A stretch of DNA of 64,000 nt, from contig OZ024742.1 in the NCBI GenBank assembly GCA_964016885.1, positions 298,716,001 through 298,780,000 on the forward strand, read 5' to 3'. This stretch comes from Eledone cirrhosa. Its lineage: Eukaryota. The position numbers and the translations under genes are program-made. The notes under the pieces were generated by a model. The model was not told where the DNA came from and did not search any database. It worked only from the letters and a program-made list of their open reading frames with translations. Positions 16,287-29,943 of this stretch are shown here, in pieces; the stretch's first letter is position 1, and each line of letters starts with the position of its first letter.

Positions 16287-16337
<51 letters not shown>
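14798..16337. repeat. (TA)n array with higher-order unit TACATAAATATGTATATTTA and small islands at 15210-15370 and 16044-16109
   Basis: Unit recurs more than 15 times. Confidence 0.9.
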
Positions 16338-16344
<7 letters not shown>

Positions 16345-17346
16345 TGTGTGTAAATGCTAACTTTCTTGATATTAATCTTGATCTACTTACCGCCTCTTTT
16401 AAACCCTATCATAAACCTAATGAAAATCTTAGGTATATACACAAAGAGTCTTGCCATCCCCCTATAGTTTTTAATAATCTTATTCCTAACATTAGCCGTA
16501 GGATTTCTACCTTATCTTCGTCTATAGACATTTTTAATAAAGCCGCCCCTTATTATAATAAAGCCCTTAAGAACAGCGGTTTTACAGAAAGAATTTCTTA
16601 TTTACCTACTCCCCCCCCCCTTAAAACTAACCACAATAACAGGAAAAGGAAGATTATTTGGTTCACCCACCCCCCTTCTCTCTAACTGTCAAAACTAATG
16701 TAGGAAGGAAATTCCTTGAACTATTAGACAAACATTTTACTCCTAATCATAGATATTATAAGATATTTAATAGGAACGTAGTTAAGATCAGCTACTCTTG
16801 TTGCCCATCTATGAAGTGAAAAATCACTAGTTCAAACCATACGAGAATAAATCCAGGATGCAGTTGCAGGAAGCCGGATGAATGCCCATTGTAGGGTAAA
16901 TATAACACCAAATCTGTTGTTTATGAGGCTAAGATAACACCGGTAATCAACAACCAGCCAGCCAGGAGTGAGCGATATGTCGGTATGACCCAGGACAGGT
17001 TTAAAACCAGATTTTACTCACATGTCGCTTCTTTTAACACTATGACTTATTAAAATAATATAAACAACTCACTATCCGGATGGCTTCCAAAAATAATGGT
17101 TGCATTTTAATAGGGTACGTCAAAGCTTATTTGTAAAACTGTTATATATTGTATTTTGTCTGATGAAGGCATACCATAATTTAATTTGGTATCCCTGAAA
17201 TATGTATAATGAAATAAATATGGTTTTATAAATATAGTTTCCATTTATTAATATCGTATATCTACTCCAAATACTTGTCGAGTGCTTTATATCAGTTATA
17301 AAAGTATTTACTTGTTGTATCCCAACAATTTTAAATAGAACTTTTG
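16338..17346 (+). mobile_element. YRDD-type PLE 3' fragment (thumb + degenerate GIY-YIG + 3' end)
   Basis: [36 protein letters not shown]; downstream CSCRKPDECPL..VVYEA..YVGMT. Confidence 0.8.
17152..17216 (+). ncRNA. Minimal type I hammerhead
   Basis: TATTTTGT-CTGATGA-AGGcATACCA..TGGTATcCCT-GAAA-T-atgt-ATA/ATGAAATA. Confidence 0.72.
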
Positions 17347-17481
17347 CATATATATATATATATATATTTTTTTTTTCTTATATTTATTTGCGTGTGTGAA
17401 TATGTAGAGGAGTGCATTTATGTATGTGTATGTATGTGTGTATGGCTATGTTTGTGTATGTGTATGCTTGTACACATACAT

Positions 17482-17555
<74 letters not shown>

Positions 17556-17781
17556 ATTGTGTATGTATATGTATTTATCTTTATGTTTCTATGTGTATGT
17601 ATGTGTGTATATATGTGTGTGTGGTTGTATATATGTATGTGTATGTATGGATGTGTTGATATTTATGTGCGTATGTATATATCTGTTTGTGTGTATTTAT
17701 ATACACATATATGTGTGTATATATGTGTGCGTGTGTGTATGTATGAGTGTATCTATGTGTATATATATATGTATGTATATG

Positions 17782-17813
<32 letters not shown>

Positions 17814-17975
17814 TATGTGTCTGTGTGTATGTATGCTTTTGTGGTTTTGTGTGTGTGTATGCATGTGTAGTTTTATTTTATTTTTCCTTTCCTTCTTCCT
17901 TCTCCAGCCTCACTTTCATATAGATTGCATTTTTGTTTTTAAAATCCAAATTCAATAAACAGGCAAGGATTTTTT

Positions 17976-18029
17976 CATTCTGAGGATTGAAAGCAAAATC
18001 TTTTGCTTTTAAGAAATCACTGGTAAATG
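17976..18029 (+). ncRNA. Type I hammerhead in an orphan island (17875-18060)
   Basis: CATT-CTGAGGA-TTGAAAGCAAA..TTTGCTTTTAA-GAAA-TC-act-GGTA/AATG. Confidence 0.75.
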
Positions 18030-18056
18030 TAATAGTTGCCTTATATTGTTTATTAC

Positions 18057-18117
<61 letters not shown>

Positions 18118-18161
18118 TATATACATACACACATATATATATATATATACATAAATATGTA

Positions 18162-18201
<40 letters not shown>

Positions 18202-18209
18202 AATATGTA

Positions 18210-18247
<38 letters not shown>

Positions 18248-18262
18248 AATATGTATATTTAT

Positions 18263-18760
18263 ATAAATGTAAGTATGTATGTATACGTACATACATATAT
18301 GTATACAGACGTACAGTAGCATGCATATATATATATATATATATACATATACATACAGGTACACATACATATATGTACGCATCAGTTTAGCGGACGTTCA
18401 ACTATCTGGCAGATGGGTATACGGTGCTGATGATAGCTAACAAGCTTGAAACTAGTACATCGTTCCTATGTCAGTGTTGAACAAAAAGGTGACGTGGTTG
18501 CCTTAACACCGTGCGGCATAAATTCAGTCTGTTCAGTTTGATTACAAACGAACAAAGCGGGCGTTATAATAAGCATCCGCTAAACTGATGCGTACATATA
18601 TGTATGTGTACCTGTATGTATATGTATATATATATATATATATATGCATGCTACTGTACGTCTGTATACACATATGTATGTACGTATACATACATACTTA
18701 CATTTAAGTAAGTGCCGTACTAAGAGTGAGAAATGAAATTTCGTTTTCATTTTATTACAA
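18263..18760 (+). mobile_element. Non-coding HHR repeat family R, copy 1 (inverted arm 18263-18394 plus forward copy 18395-18760)
   Basis: Homologous to 22319-23370 and 30722-31279; no ORF. Confidence 0.8.
18421..18463 (+). ncRNA. Minimal type I hammerhead (family R), U10.1-U11.1, cleavage after 18457
   Basis: ACGGTG-CTGATGA-T-AGCT-aaca-AGCT-T-GAAA-C-ta-GTA/CATCGT; palindromic helix III ACTAGT. Confidence 0.82.
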
Positions 18761-18763
18761 CTA

Positions 18764-18877
<114 letters not shown>

Positions 18878-18880
18878 CAT

Positions 18881-18971
<91 letters not shown>

Positions 18972-19086
18972 AATATGTATATTCATATATATATATATAT
19001 ATACATACACACATATATATATATATACATACACACACATATATATATATATATATACATAAATATGTATATTTATATATATATAT

Positions 19087-20621
19087 AACTTCCAGGCGTC
19101 TAACAATGGCATACCACCCTTGTATGGGCTCCGCAAAGACCACAAGACAGTCGACGACCCGACAACAGGACCACCAACAAGACCCGTATGCGGAGCTAAT
19201 ATAGCTAGCAACTACAGGATCTCCTACTTCCTCTCTATGGTTATACGCGCCATAATCAAGATGTCCCCAGATGTATGTGACAGTACAGAGGACCTCCTCA
19301 GCAGAATCAGTGAGTGCAACAAAAACAGGAACCTATCCAACTGCATAATAGGCAGCATGGATGTGGTGTCACTGTACCCATCCATTAACATTGATTTTGC
19401 TGTGAAAACATGTGTGGAGATGATCATTGAGAGTGAGGTGGAGTTCTGCGACGTCGACACAGACGAACTGGGCCTCCTACTTAGGCTTACCTACGACACT
19501 GAATACCTAGACAGCCATGACCTTAGATGTTTCTGCCCTAGTAGACCTATAAGAGGTAGACCCCCCACAATAACCTCAATGTCAAAAAAGACTCCTATGG
19601 GAAGGTGGATTGGGTGGACCAAAGCTATACGGACCCCTCCAAACAATGATCAGGTAAGAAAAATGGTCGCACATGCAATAGGGGCTAGTATCAAAACTAC
19701 CCTAAAGGGCCACATATTTAAGTTCAACGAGAAAATCTACACCCAAAATGAGGGAGCAGCCATCGGCGTCAGCATAGCTGGTGATGTTGCCAACCTTTTC
19801 ATGGTATGGTGGGAAAGGAGACTTAAAGATCTCCTTAATGAAAGCTCCATAGACCTCATCATGTACTCTCGTTATGTAGACGATATCAATATAGTTATAA
19901 GAACACCCCCACTAGGGATCACTAACAAGTTTGATTTAGAACGTAGCACGATGGAAAGCATCCAGCAGATAGCTAATTCCATACACCAGAGTATAACTGT
20001 AACTATCGACTTCCCTTCCAAACACCATAACAATAGACTACCTGTATTAGACACAGAACTCTGGATTAACACTATAGACGAGAGAGCCCAAATTCTCCAC
20101 TCACACTATGCTAAACCCATGGTCTCCAAATACCTGATACTCAAAAACTCAGCAATGTCCAGTAGTGCTAAGTTTAATATTCTGAGCGCAGATTTGGTAC
20201 GAGTGATGAAGAATGTGTCCCGCATGTGCGACCCAACAAAAATTGAAAGACACATCCAACACTTCATCAACCGCATGCAGTTCTCTGGCTACAACCAAAG
20301 AGACAGAGTCAGAGTATACGAAGGAGCCATGGAAAAGTATAAGACCCTCATAGAACTGGACATGAAAGGAATTTTGCCCATTATACAGGAGAAAATCATG
20401 GAATAGCTTAGATAGGGCTAGACATAAGATAGGGAAAGCCACCTCATGGTACGACAACCAGAGATACCAGAGTGTCATGTTTGTGGACGCCACCCCTGGA
20501 GGGAAATTAGCTAACCAGTGTAGAAAGGCCCTGAGAATATGACCCTCCCCAAGTATAACAATATTTTGTTTCGACACACGATTTCATATAAAAAACCTCG
20601 CAAAATTAATTCATCGCTGTT
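19087..20621 (+). mobile_element. PLE subfamily A2 (relative of family A): RT fragment fused directly to the terminal ~80 bp; EN and HHR missing
   Basis: ORF 19120-20406 is clearly homologous to 4086-5588; after ...CRKALR (about 20536) it jumps to ATGACCCTCCCCAAGTATAACAAT. Confidence 0.85.
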
Positions 20622-20634
20622 ATGTATATATATG

Positions 20635-20937
<303 letters not shown>

Positions 20938-20940
20938 TAT

Positions 20941-20982
<42 letters not shown>

Positions 20983-21012
20983 GTATATATATTTATTAAA
21001 ATAACAGATTAA

Positions 21013-21063
21013 AGTTTAAGCAAAGAATCGCTGCTTTCACCCGTAACGGGATCTTCTGAAACT
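21013..21063 (-). ncRNA. Type I hammerhead with A4 and U10.1-U11.1 variants in an orphan island (20996-21440)
   Basis: AGTTT-CAGAAGA-T-CCCG-tta-CGGG-T-GAAA-GCAG-cgattct-TTGC-TT/AAACT. Confidence 0.72.
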
Positions 21064-21436
21064 AACAAAGTCAATCTGTAAACGCAGAACTGGATATTTA
21101 AAAAAACGTTGCAACCGGAGGAAGACAGGAAGACGATACTTTGGTTCGTGGTAACGTTCGCTGGCAAAGAACGGGAAAAAACAAATAATACGTCATTAAT
21201 AGGAGCGGTGAAAAACAATTACGCGCAAAGACAAAACTACGTTTATGGTATAAAGGAGGTCGTAGACTAATGTTCTCTTAGGTAGTGCATAGAGACGTTC
21301 TCTGGCAATGAACGAAAAAACGAAGATAATAAGTCATATGTGGAGCGTGGAGAACAATAGCACGCAAAGACAAAACCACGTAAATGGTATAGCAGAAATC
21401 GTAGACTAAAATTCTAACTAGAAGACCAAATGAATC

Positions 21437-21788
21437 TGTATATATGTATATATATGTGTATATATGTATATATATGTATATATATATATATACAAGTATA
21501 TATATATATACATATATATACATATATATATACATATATATACATATATATATATATACATATACATATATATGTATATATACATATATATACATATATA
21601 TGTATACATATATATATATACATATATATATATACACATATACATATATATAAATATTTATATATACATATATATTTATATATACATATATATTTATATA
21701 TACATATATATACATATATATGTATATATACATATATATATATATAAATATATATGTATATATATGTATATATACATATATATGTATA

Positions 21789-21819
<31 letters not shown>

Positions 21820-22004
21820 GTATATATATGTATATATATATGTATATATATGTATATATACATATATATGTATATATATATGTATATATATGTATATATA
21901 TATATATGTATATATATGTATATATATATACATATATATGTGTATATATATAGATATATGTGTATATATATATACATATATGTGTATATATATACATATA
22001 TATG

Positions 22005-22039
<35 letters not shown>

Positions 22040-22148
22040 GGATATATATATGTATATATATATATGTATATATATATACATATATATGTGTATATATATA
22101 TATGTATATATATATATGTATATATATGTATATATACATACATATGTG

Positions 22149-22183
<35 letters not shown>

Positions 22184-22221
22184 GGATGTATATTTATATG
22201 TATATATATATATATATATGG

Positions 22222-22253
<32 letters not shown>

Positions 22254-22318
22254 GTGTATACATATATATGTATATGTATATAGGTGTGTATATATATGTA
22301 TATATGTGTGTATATATA
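21437..22318. repeat. Cryptic (TA)n array
   Basis: Direct reading. Confidence 0.95.
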
Positions 22319-22395
22319 TTGTTTACAAACGAAGAAAGCGAACATTATAATAAATGTTCGCTAAACTGATACGTACATATATATATGTGTGCCTG

Positions 22396-22464
<69 letters not shown>

Positions 22465-22793
22465 AAAAAGGGACGAAATCGAAAATGCAACTGAAGTCTT
22501 ATTTTTTTAAAAAATATATATATTTATTTGGTTCCTTTACCGGTTTCGCAGTTCTTCTGCTTTTCAAAAGGTGGGTTGCGATGGAGGGTCTGTGGAAAAA
22601 CCACAGACCCTCCATCTCAACTCACCTTTTGAAAAGCAGAAGAACTGCGAAACCGGTAAAGGAACCAAATAAATATATATATTTTAAAAAAAATAAGACT
22701 TCAGTTGCATTTTCGATTTCATCCCTTTTTCTTTATACTTCCACTCGTGTAGGACACCTCGGTTATTTTTCATTTTGTAAAAAAAAACCTCAC

Positions 22794-22832
<39 letters not shown>

Positions 22833-23261
22833 TGCATGCTACTGTACGTCTGTATACACATATGTATGTACGTATACATACATACTTACATTTAAGTAAG
22901 TGCCGTACTAAGAGTGAGAAATGAAATTTCGTTTCTTTCTATTCCAATTTATCGTTTTCGGTGCGCCTGGTCGACTGAACTCACTCGATATGCAAATTAG
23001 GCTGCTCAGCCGTTAATTTTCATAAGGAAAGTATGTACTTTCGAACGTTCAACCATCTGGCAGAAGGGTATACGGTGCTGACGATAGCTAACAAGCTTCA
23101 AACTAGTACATCGTTCCTGTGTCAGTGTTGAACAAAAAGATGACGTGGTTGCCTTAACACCGTACGGCATAAACAGGCTGTCCGTTTGTTTACAAACGAA
23201 CAAAGCGAACATTATAATAAATGTTCGCTAAACTGTACGTACATATATATATGTGTGCCTG

Positions 23262-23315
<54 letters not shown>

Positions 23316-23370
23316 TGCTACTGTACGTCTGTATACATATATGTATGTACGTATACATACATACTTACAT
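22319..23370 (+). mobile_element. Family R copy 2: partial tandem (period about 479 bp), interrupted by a family B palindrome; HHR at 23072-23114 has GAAA mutated to CAAA
   Basis: 22321-22400 repeats at about 23188-23265 and 22832-22891 repeats at 23311-23370. Confidence 0.82.
22461..22800. mobile_element. Palindromic remnant of the family B 3' end with two U3-A8 hammerheads (22534-22571 minus, 22625-22662 plus)
   Basis: Centre about 22598; matches 7724-7928; CCTT-TTGAAAA-GCAG-aagaa-CTGC-GAAA-C-cg-GTA/AAGG. Confidence 0.85.
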
Positions 23371-23595
23371 GTGTATATATATATATGTGTATATATATAT
23401 GTGTGTATATATATTTATATGTGTATATATATATGTGTATATATATATGTGTGTATATATATTTATATGTGTATATATATATATGTGTATATATACATAT
23501 ATATGTATATATATATATGTGTAGATATATACATATATATATATATGTATATATATATATGTGTATATATATACATATATATGTATATATATATA

Positions 23596-24995
23596 AAGAA
23601 TGAATAATAACAGGTAGACATCATAAAAAAGGTAACTTATTCCGTGTGCTTACAAATGTTTCCACGGTGGTAGTACAACCTAGTTATGCTATGTGCAAAT
23701 TATCAACTATTTGCAGAACTCAAATATCAAATGCTGTGACCACTGTATCATCAGAGCAGAATGGTCAAAATGTACAATGTAAATACCCTTAAGTGAGGTT
23801 CTTGGAGTATATAGAGTAGAAAAGGAAGAGAGAAAAGTAGGGGAGAGGGATAGAGAGAGAAAGATATGCAGGGGTTGGAGAAAGAGGAGAGAGTGGTTTC
23901 TACATATCTTAATCAAAATGTTGTGGTAGGGGTTTTATTATACTGGTTACTTTTAGAGAGATGCTTTGATAGTCAAGGTTGGAATTATTTATTGCCCCAG
24001 AGGGCAGGTTCATAGATGTGGAGAGGAAGGTAGGCCAAAGGCGAAAGAGAGAGAGAGAGTGGAATGGATATAGAGGGAGAGATAGTGAGGGGACAGACGA
24101 GGACTATGGGGTGGCTGAACTTTGGGTTCGTAGTAGTAATCCGCGAATTGCACTAAGTTACCATTTATAGTGATAAGCAGGGTATTGTCTTGTAGTGTGG
24201 GGGAAGATAAGGTGGTTAGCTAGAAAGCGATGTTGTAGTTACGGGTTCGAATGTTAAGTTATTTTATAGTGAGAGAATTTAGCTTTTAGTTTGTGGTTGC
24301 AGTATAATGATCGTTCGATTCTATCGTTAAGTAGATTATTTTTGGATTTTAAAATGTAAAAGAGTTCAAGGTTACATAACCTACAGTACTTCAATCCACT
24401 CCGATATGCACTTGCGCTGGAAAGTATATCCCATTTTAAGGTGAACTGTTGGTTGCGTTGACGGAGTTGCCAGGTCTTGTTGGCGAGCATGGTCACAAAA
24501 CGGTGATCAGGATGTTTGATTGAGAATCGATGACGGTACCAGCGAGATTTAAACGAGGAGGTGGTAGATCCGATGTAATACCATTTCTGGTCGTTCGATT
24601 CAACCGTGCATTGGTAAACAATGTTGGACTTTAGGCATTCATTCTTCAATGGACATCTTTCAGGTGGATGGCAGTTACATTTTTTGTTGTGGGTAGCGGG
24701 TATACCATGGATAGGTTGTGATAGCAGTACAGGTGGGTTGTGTAATACCCGTCTCCATTTAGTGGTTGGGAGGCAGATATTACGTTCTGCCCATCTGTTA
24801 TCAAAATATTTTGTTTTGTAGTGTTGTTTAATTGCTTTAAGTTAAGTTTTTTTATGTATGCTTCAAGGTTTGGTGCCGTGCAATATGATAGTCTAATAGT
24901 TTTAGAGTTCAGAATTTTACTGTATTTATGGGAACTAGGGAAATGCTTGTTGATTGACTTAAAGAATGAAAGAGATAGTTTTGTACTAATCGAGG
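23596..24995 (-). mobile_element. YRDD-type PLE 3' fragment (GIY-YIG ORF 24254-24649 plus 3' region)
   Basis: NKHFP..IRLSYCT; CLKSNIVYQCTV..YYIGST..FKSRWYRH..CRLCNLE. Confidence 0.82.
23647..23758 (-). ncRNA. Type I hammerhead with long helix II insertion
   Basis: TGCT-CTGATGA-TACAGTGGT..(about 67 nt)..ACCACCGTG-GAAA-C-attt-GTA/AGCA. Confidence 0.7.
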
Positions 24996-25296
24996 CATAT
25001 GTATATATATATATGTATATATATATGTATATATATATACATATATATGTATATATATATATGTATATATATATACATATATATGTATATATATATACAT
25101 ATATATGTATATATATATATGCATATATATATACATATATATGTATATATATATGTATATATGTATATATATATGTATATATGTATATGTGTATATATAT
25201 ATATGTATATATATATACATATATATATCTGTATATATATATATGAATATATATAAATATATATGTATGTATATATATATATATGTATATATATGC

Positions 25297-25328
<32 letters not shown>

Positions 25329-25383
25329 GTATATATATGCATATATATATATATGTATATATATATATGTATGTATATATATG

Positions 25384-25414
<31 letters not shown>

Positions 25415-25726
25415 GTATGTATATATATATATGTATATATATATGTATATATATATATGTATATATATATATACATATATATGTATATATATATATGTAT
25501 ATATATATATGTATATATATATATACATATATATGTATATATATATATGCATATATATGTATATATACATATATATGTATATATACATATATATGTATAT
25601 CTATATATATACATATATATGTATATCTATATATATACATATATATGTATATATATATGTATATATATATACATATATATGTATATGTACATATATATGT
25701 ATATATATATGTATATATATATGTAC

Positions 25727-26783
25727 ATCAAGCCCAGCCAAAGTCAGTAGTGGAGTCCCACAAGGCACTGTGTTGGGCCCACTTCTCTTCATCATCTATA
25801 TTAATGACATCACTGACATCATCAAACACAGCAACATTAAAATTTTCGCTGATGATTCAAGCTCCAAAAGGTCATCAATGGCGTGGATGACCGGATAAGC
25901 CTTCAGTCAGACCTACTGGCTGTTACCCAATGGGCAGAAAAGAACAACATGTTACTGAACGAGGACAAATTCGAACTGATCCACTTTGGAAAAGAGGATG
26001 CTCTGAAACTCCCGTACTCCCTTCCCTCCGGGGAAACTCTCGTGGCATCTAACAACATCAGAGACTTGGGAGTAACCGTGGACAGCAAAGTTGACATGGC
26101 CCGCAGAATGTGTTCCTGGATCCTCAGAACCTTCCAGTCGAGAGATTCCCGCACCATTATCCTTCTCTTCTCTACTTTCGCCCGACCACACTTGAATACT
26201 GTTGTCCACTGTGGTCTCCCCACACGAAACAAAGTATCATGAAACTTGAAGCTCCTCAAAAGGCAATCACGAAAAAGATAGATGGCATGTCAGACCTTGA
26301 CTACTGGGGTCGATTGGAAACCTGAAACTTTACTCACTCCAACGTCGCCGTGAGCGTTATATTATCTGCATGATGTGGAAAATGTTCCCTCATCACTGCC
26401 CAAATGATGTTGGCATCGCCTTCAAGATACACCCAAGGCTTGTGCCCGTGCTATCCGTCCCATTCAAAATCTAAATCGCAACTCATAACAACAATACGGC
26501 ACAATTATTTTCACCTCAATCGGCCCTGCTCTCTCAACATCACACCAGGACACGTCAAAACAGAACTGACCACTCAAAATTCAAGAAGTCTTTGGACAAA
26601 TTCCTCCAAGTAATCCCGGACAAACCAACCACACCCGGATATGTCTCCGCAAACAGTAATTCTCTTCTCGAATGGGCCATGGTGCCCAAATCCTGAATTG
26701 AAAGACTTCGCCAGGTGGTGCTATTAAGTTAGACATGGCCTGGGCCAATCTGGCCAAAACATTTCAAAGTTATTCAAAGTTAT
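25727..26783 (+). mobile_element. CR1/L2-group LINE 3' fragment (RT, degenerate)
   Basis: [29 protein letters not shown]; RDLGV; LEYCCPLWSP; short tandem tail TTCAAAGTTA x2. Confidence 0.88.
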
Positions 26784-26984
26784 ATACATATGTATATAAT
26801 ACACATATACATGTATATATATATGTATATATATGTATATATATATATATCTATATATATATGTATATATAAGTATGTATATATATATATTGTATATATA
26901 TATGTATATATATGTATGTATATATATGTATATATATATATGTATCATATATATATGTATGTAATATATGTATGTATATATATG

Positions 26985-27018
<34 letters not shown>

Positions 27019-27192
27019 TATATATGTATATATATGTATGTATATATATGTATATATATATATGTATATATATATATACATATATATGTATATATATATA
27101 TGTATACATATGTATGTATATATATGTATATATATATATGTATATATATATATACATATATATGTATATATATATATGTATATATATATATG

Positions 27193-27224
<32 letters not shown>

Positions 27225-27270
27225 TGTATATATACAGATATATGTATATATATATATATACATATATATG

Positions 27271-27855
27271 TCGTTTCTGAATTTGTTAGCAAGATTCTTT
27301 ATCTGAATCGTGTGTTGAAACCGATATTGTTATACTTTGGGAGGGTCATGTTGCCAATAAGAAACACACGCACCAGTTGCTTTCACTTCAATTAATTTAA
27401 TATATATTTATAAATTTACAAATTTATAAATTTCTGGTTGGTTGGTTGGTTCCACAACCAGATAGTTGTTTATATATATATAGTCATAGTTCTTTCGTCA
27501 CACACTCTGTGACCTCTTCAGTGACTGGGGATTTCTTTCTTCGTTTCTGTGCCTTTCCTTTCTTCTATCCTACGCCATTTTGTTTGTGTGTACACAAACA
27601 AAATGGCGTAGGATAGAAGAAAGGAAAGGCACAGAAACGAAGAAAGAAATCCCCAGTCACTGAAGAGGTCACAGAGTGTGTGACGAAAGAACTATGACTA
27701 TATATATATAAACAACTATCTGGTTGTGGAACCAACCAACCAACCAGAAATTTATAAATTTGTAAATTTATAATATATATTAAATTAAATTGAAGTGAAA
27801 GCAACTGGTGCGTGTGTTTCTTATTGGCAACATGACCCTCCAAAGTATAACAATA
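27271..27855. mobile_element. Palindrome of the family A 3' end with two HHRs (27482-27526 minus, 27655-27699 plus)
   Basis: Centre 27590-27591; near-identical to 2151-2475. Confidence 0.9.
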
Positions 27856-27914
27856 CATATATATGTATATATACATATATATGTATATATACATATATAT
27901 ATACATATATATAC

Positions 27915-27967
<53 letters not shown>

Positions 27968-28368
27968 TATGTATATATATATATACATATATATGTATAT
28001 ATACATATATATGTATATATATATGTGTATATATATATATGTATATATATACACATATATATGTATATATATATGTGTATATATATATATGTATATATAT
28101 ACACATATACATGTATATATATATGTATATATATGTATATATATATATGTATATATATGTATGTATGTATATATATATATATATATGTATACATATATAT
28201 GAATATATATGTATGTATATATATATATATGTATATATATATAGGAATATATATGTATGTATATATATGTATATATATATATGTATATATATGTATATAT
28301 ATATATGTATATATATGTATGTATATATATATGTATATATATGTATGTATGTATATATATATATGTGT

Positions 28369-28858
28369 CATTTCTGAATTTGTTTAGCAAGATTCTTTAT
28401 CTGAAAACGTCTGTTGAAACCGATATTGTTATACTTTGGGAGGGTCATGTTGCCAATAAGAAACACACGCACCAGGTGCTTTCACTTCAATTTATTATAA
28501 TAAATTTATAAATTTAGGAATTTATAAATTTCTGGTTGGTTGGTTCCATAACCAGATGGTTGTTTATATATTGTCAAAGTTCTTTCGTCACACATTCTGT
28601 GACCTCTTCAGTGACTGGGGATTCTTTTCTTTGTTTTTGTGCCTCTCGTTTGTTCTGTCCTACGCCATCTTGTTTCTGTGTGTGTGTTGTCTGCTCAGTC
28701 TGCGCATGCGCCACATCCGGGTGTCTGTGTGTGTATATATTCGTTTATTTATTTGTTTATTTACATGTTACTGGTTGTTTGTTTGTTCTATGTGCGTGTG
28801 TGTTTTCATTTTGTCCTTAATTGTAAGTTGTGATGTTCCGGTTCCACTCAGGTTTTCT
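28369..28858 (-). mobile_element. Family A 3' end (diverged) with HHR at 28572-28616 (CUU site)
   Basis: Homology to 2151-2745. Confidence 0.85.
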
Positions 28859-28925
28859 ATATATATATGTATAAATATATATGTATATATATATATATAT
28901 ATACATATATATATACATATATATG

Positions 28926-28973
<48 letters not shown>

Positions 28974-29042
28974 CATATATATGTATATATATATATGTAT
29001 ATATATATATATGTGTGTATATATATATATGTATATATATAA

Positions 29043-29346
29043 ATTGTTATACTTGGGGAGGGTCATATTTGTCTAATATTGCCAGAATTAATAACAGAAC
29101 ACACTCACTGTTTGGTTGGTTTTCGCTTTTCGCTTCTGCGTCTTTTATATCGGTAATCTAATTTATTCGGTCCTCAATGTTGCCATTGACTGACCAACGG
29201 TCCAAAATAATACAGACACAATATAGACACAAACACATATATATAGTTTATCAAAGTTCTTTCGTTGCACATCTGCAACATCGTCAGTGGTGCTATTGTT
29301 TCCTCCCGTTACATTGTATGTTTACGCCATTTTTATTTATCGCCGT
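29043..29346 (-). mobile_element. Family A2-type 3' end with HHR at 29250-29291
   Basis: Terminal ATGACCCTCCCCAAGTATAACAAT as at about 20539; CTGACGA-T-GTTGCA-gatg-TGCAAC-GAAA-G-aa-CTT; helix II covaries with family A. Confidence 0.75.
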
Positions 29347-29465
29347 TATATATATATGTATATGTATATATATTTGTATATATATGTATATATATATATA
29401 TATGTGTATATATATATATATCGCCGTTATATATATATATGTATATATATGTATATATATATATG

Positions 29466-29531
<66 letters not shown>

Positions 29532-29659
29532 AATATGTATATATATATATATGTATATATATATGTATATATATATATGTATATATATATATGTAGATAT
29601 ATATACATATATATGTACGTATATATGTATATGTATGTATATATATGTATATATATATG

Positions 29660-29707
<48 letters not shown>

Positions 29708-29861
29708 CATATATATGTATGTATATATATATATGTATGTATATATATATATGTATATATATACATATATATGTATGTATATATATATACATATATATAT
29801 ATGTAATTTTTTAATAAGTTTCCAGAGTCCTCGCTATGCCTGGAAACTTTCATGAAAATAG

Positions 29862-29943
29862 ACTTTCCAGACGACGGAATGCTTTTCTATATATTCTTCG
29901 GAAAATATATTTACTCCATTCCAGAAACTAATTAGTTGGAAGT
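29862..29943 (+). ncRNA. Type I hammerhead with A4 and C10.1-A11.1 variants in an orphan island (29805-30013)
   Basis: ACTTTC-CAGACGA-C-GGAATG..CATTCC-A-GAAA-CTAATTAG-TT/GGAAGT. Confidence 0.72.

Noticed and set aside
14798-16337. CRISPR-like repeat-spacer appearance
   Set aside because: The spacers are TA runs, the context is eukaryotic and there are no cas genes
27271-27855. Palindromes as MITEs / DNA transposons
   Set aside because: The arms are 3' ends of RT-encoding PLEs, with unequal termini and variable centres
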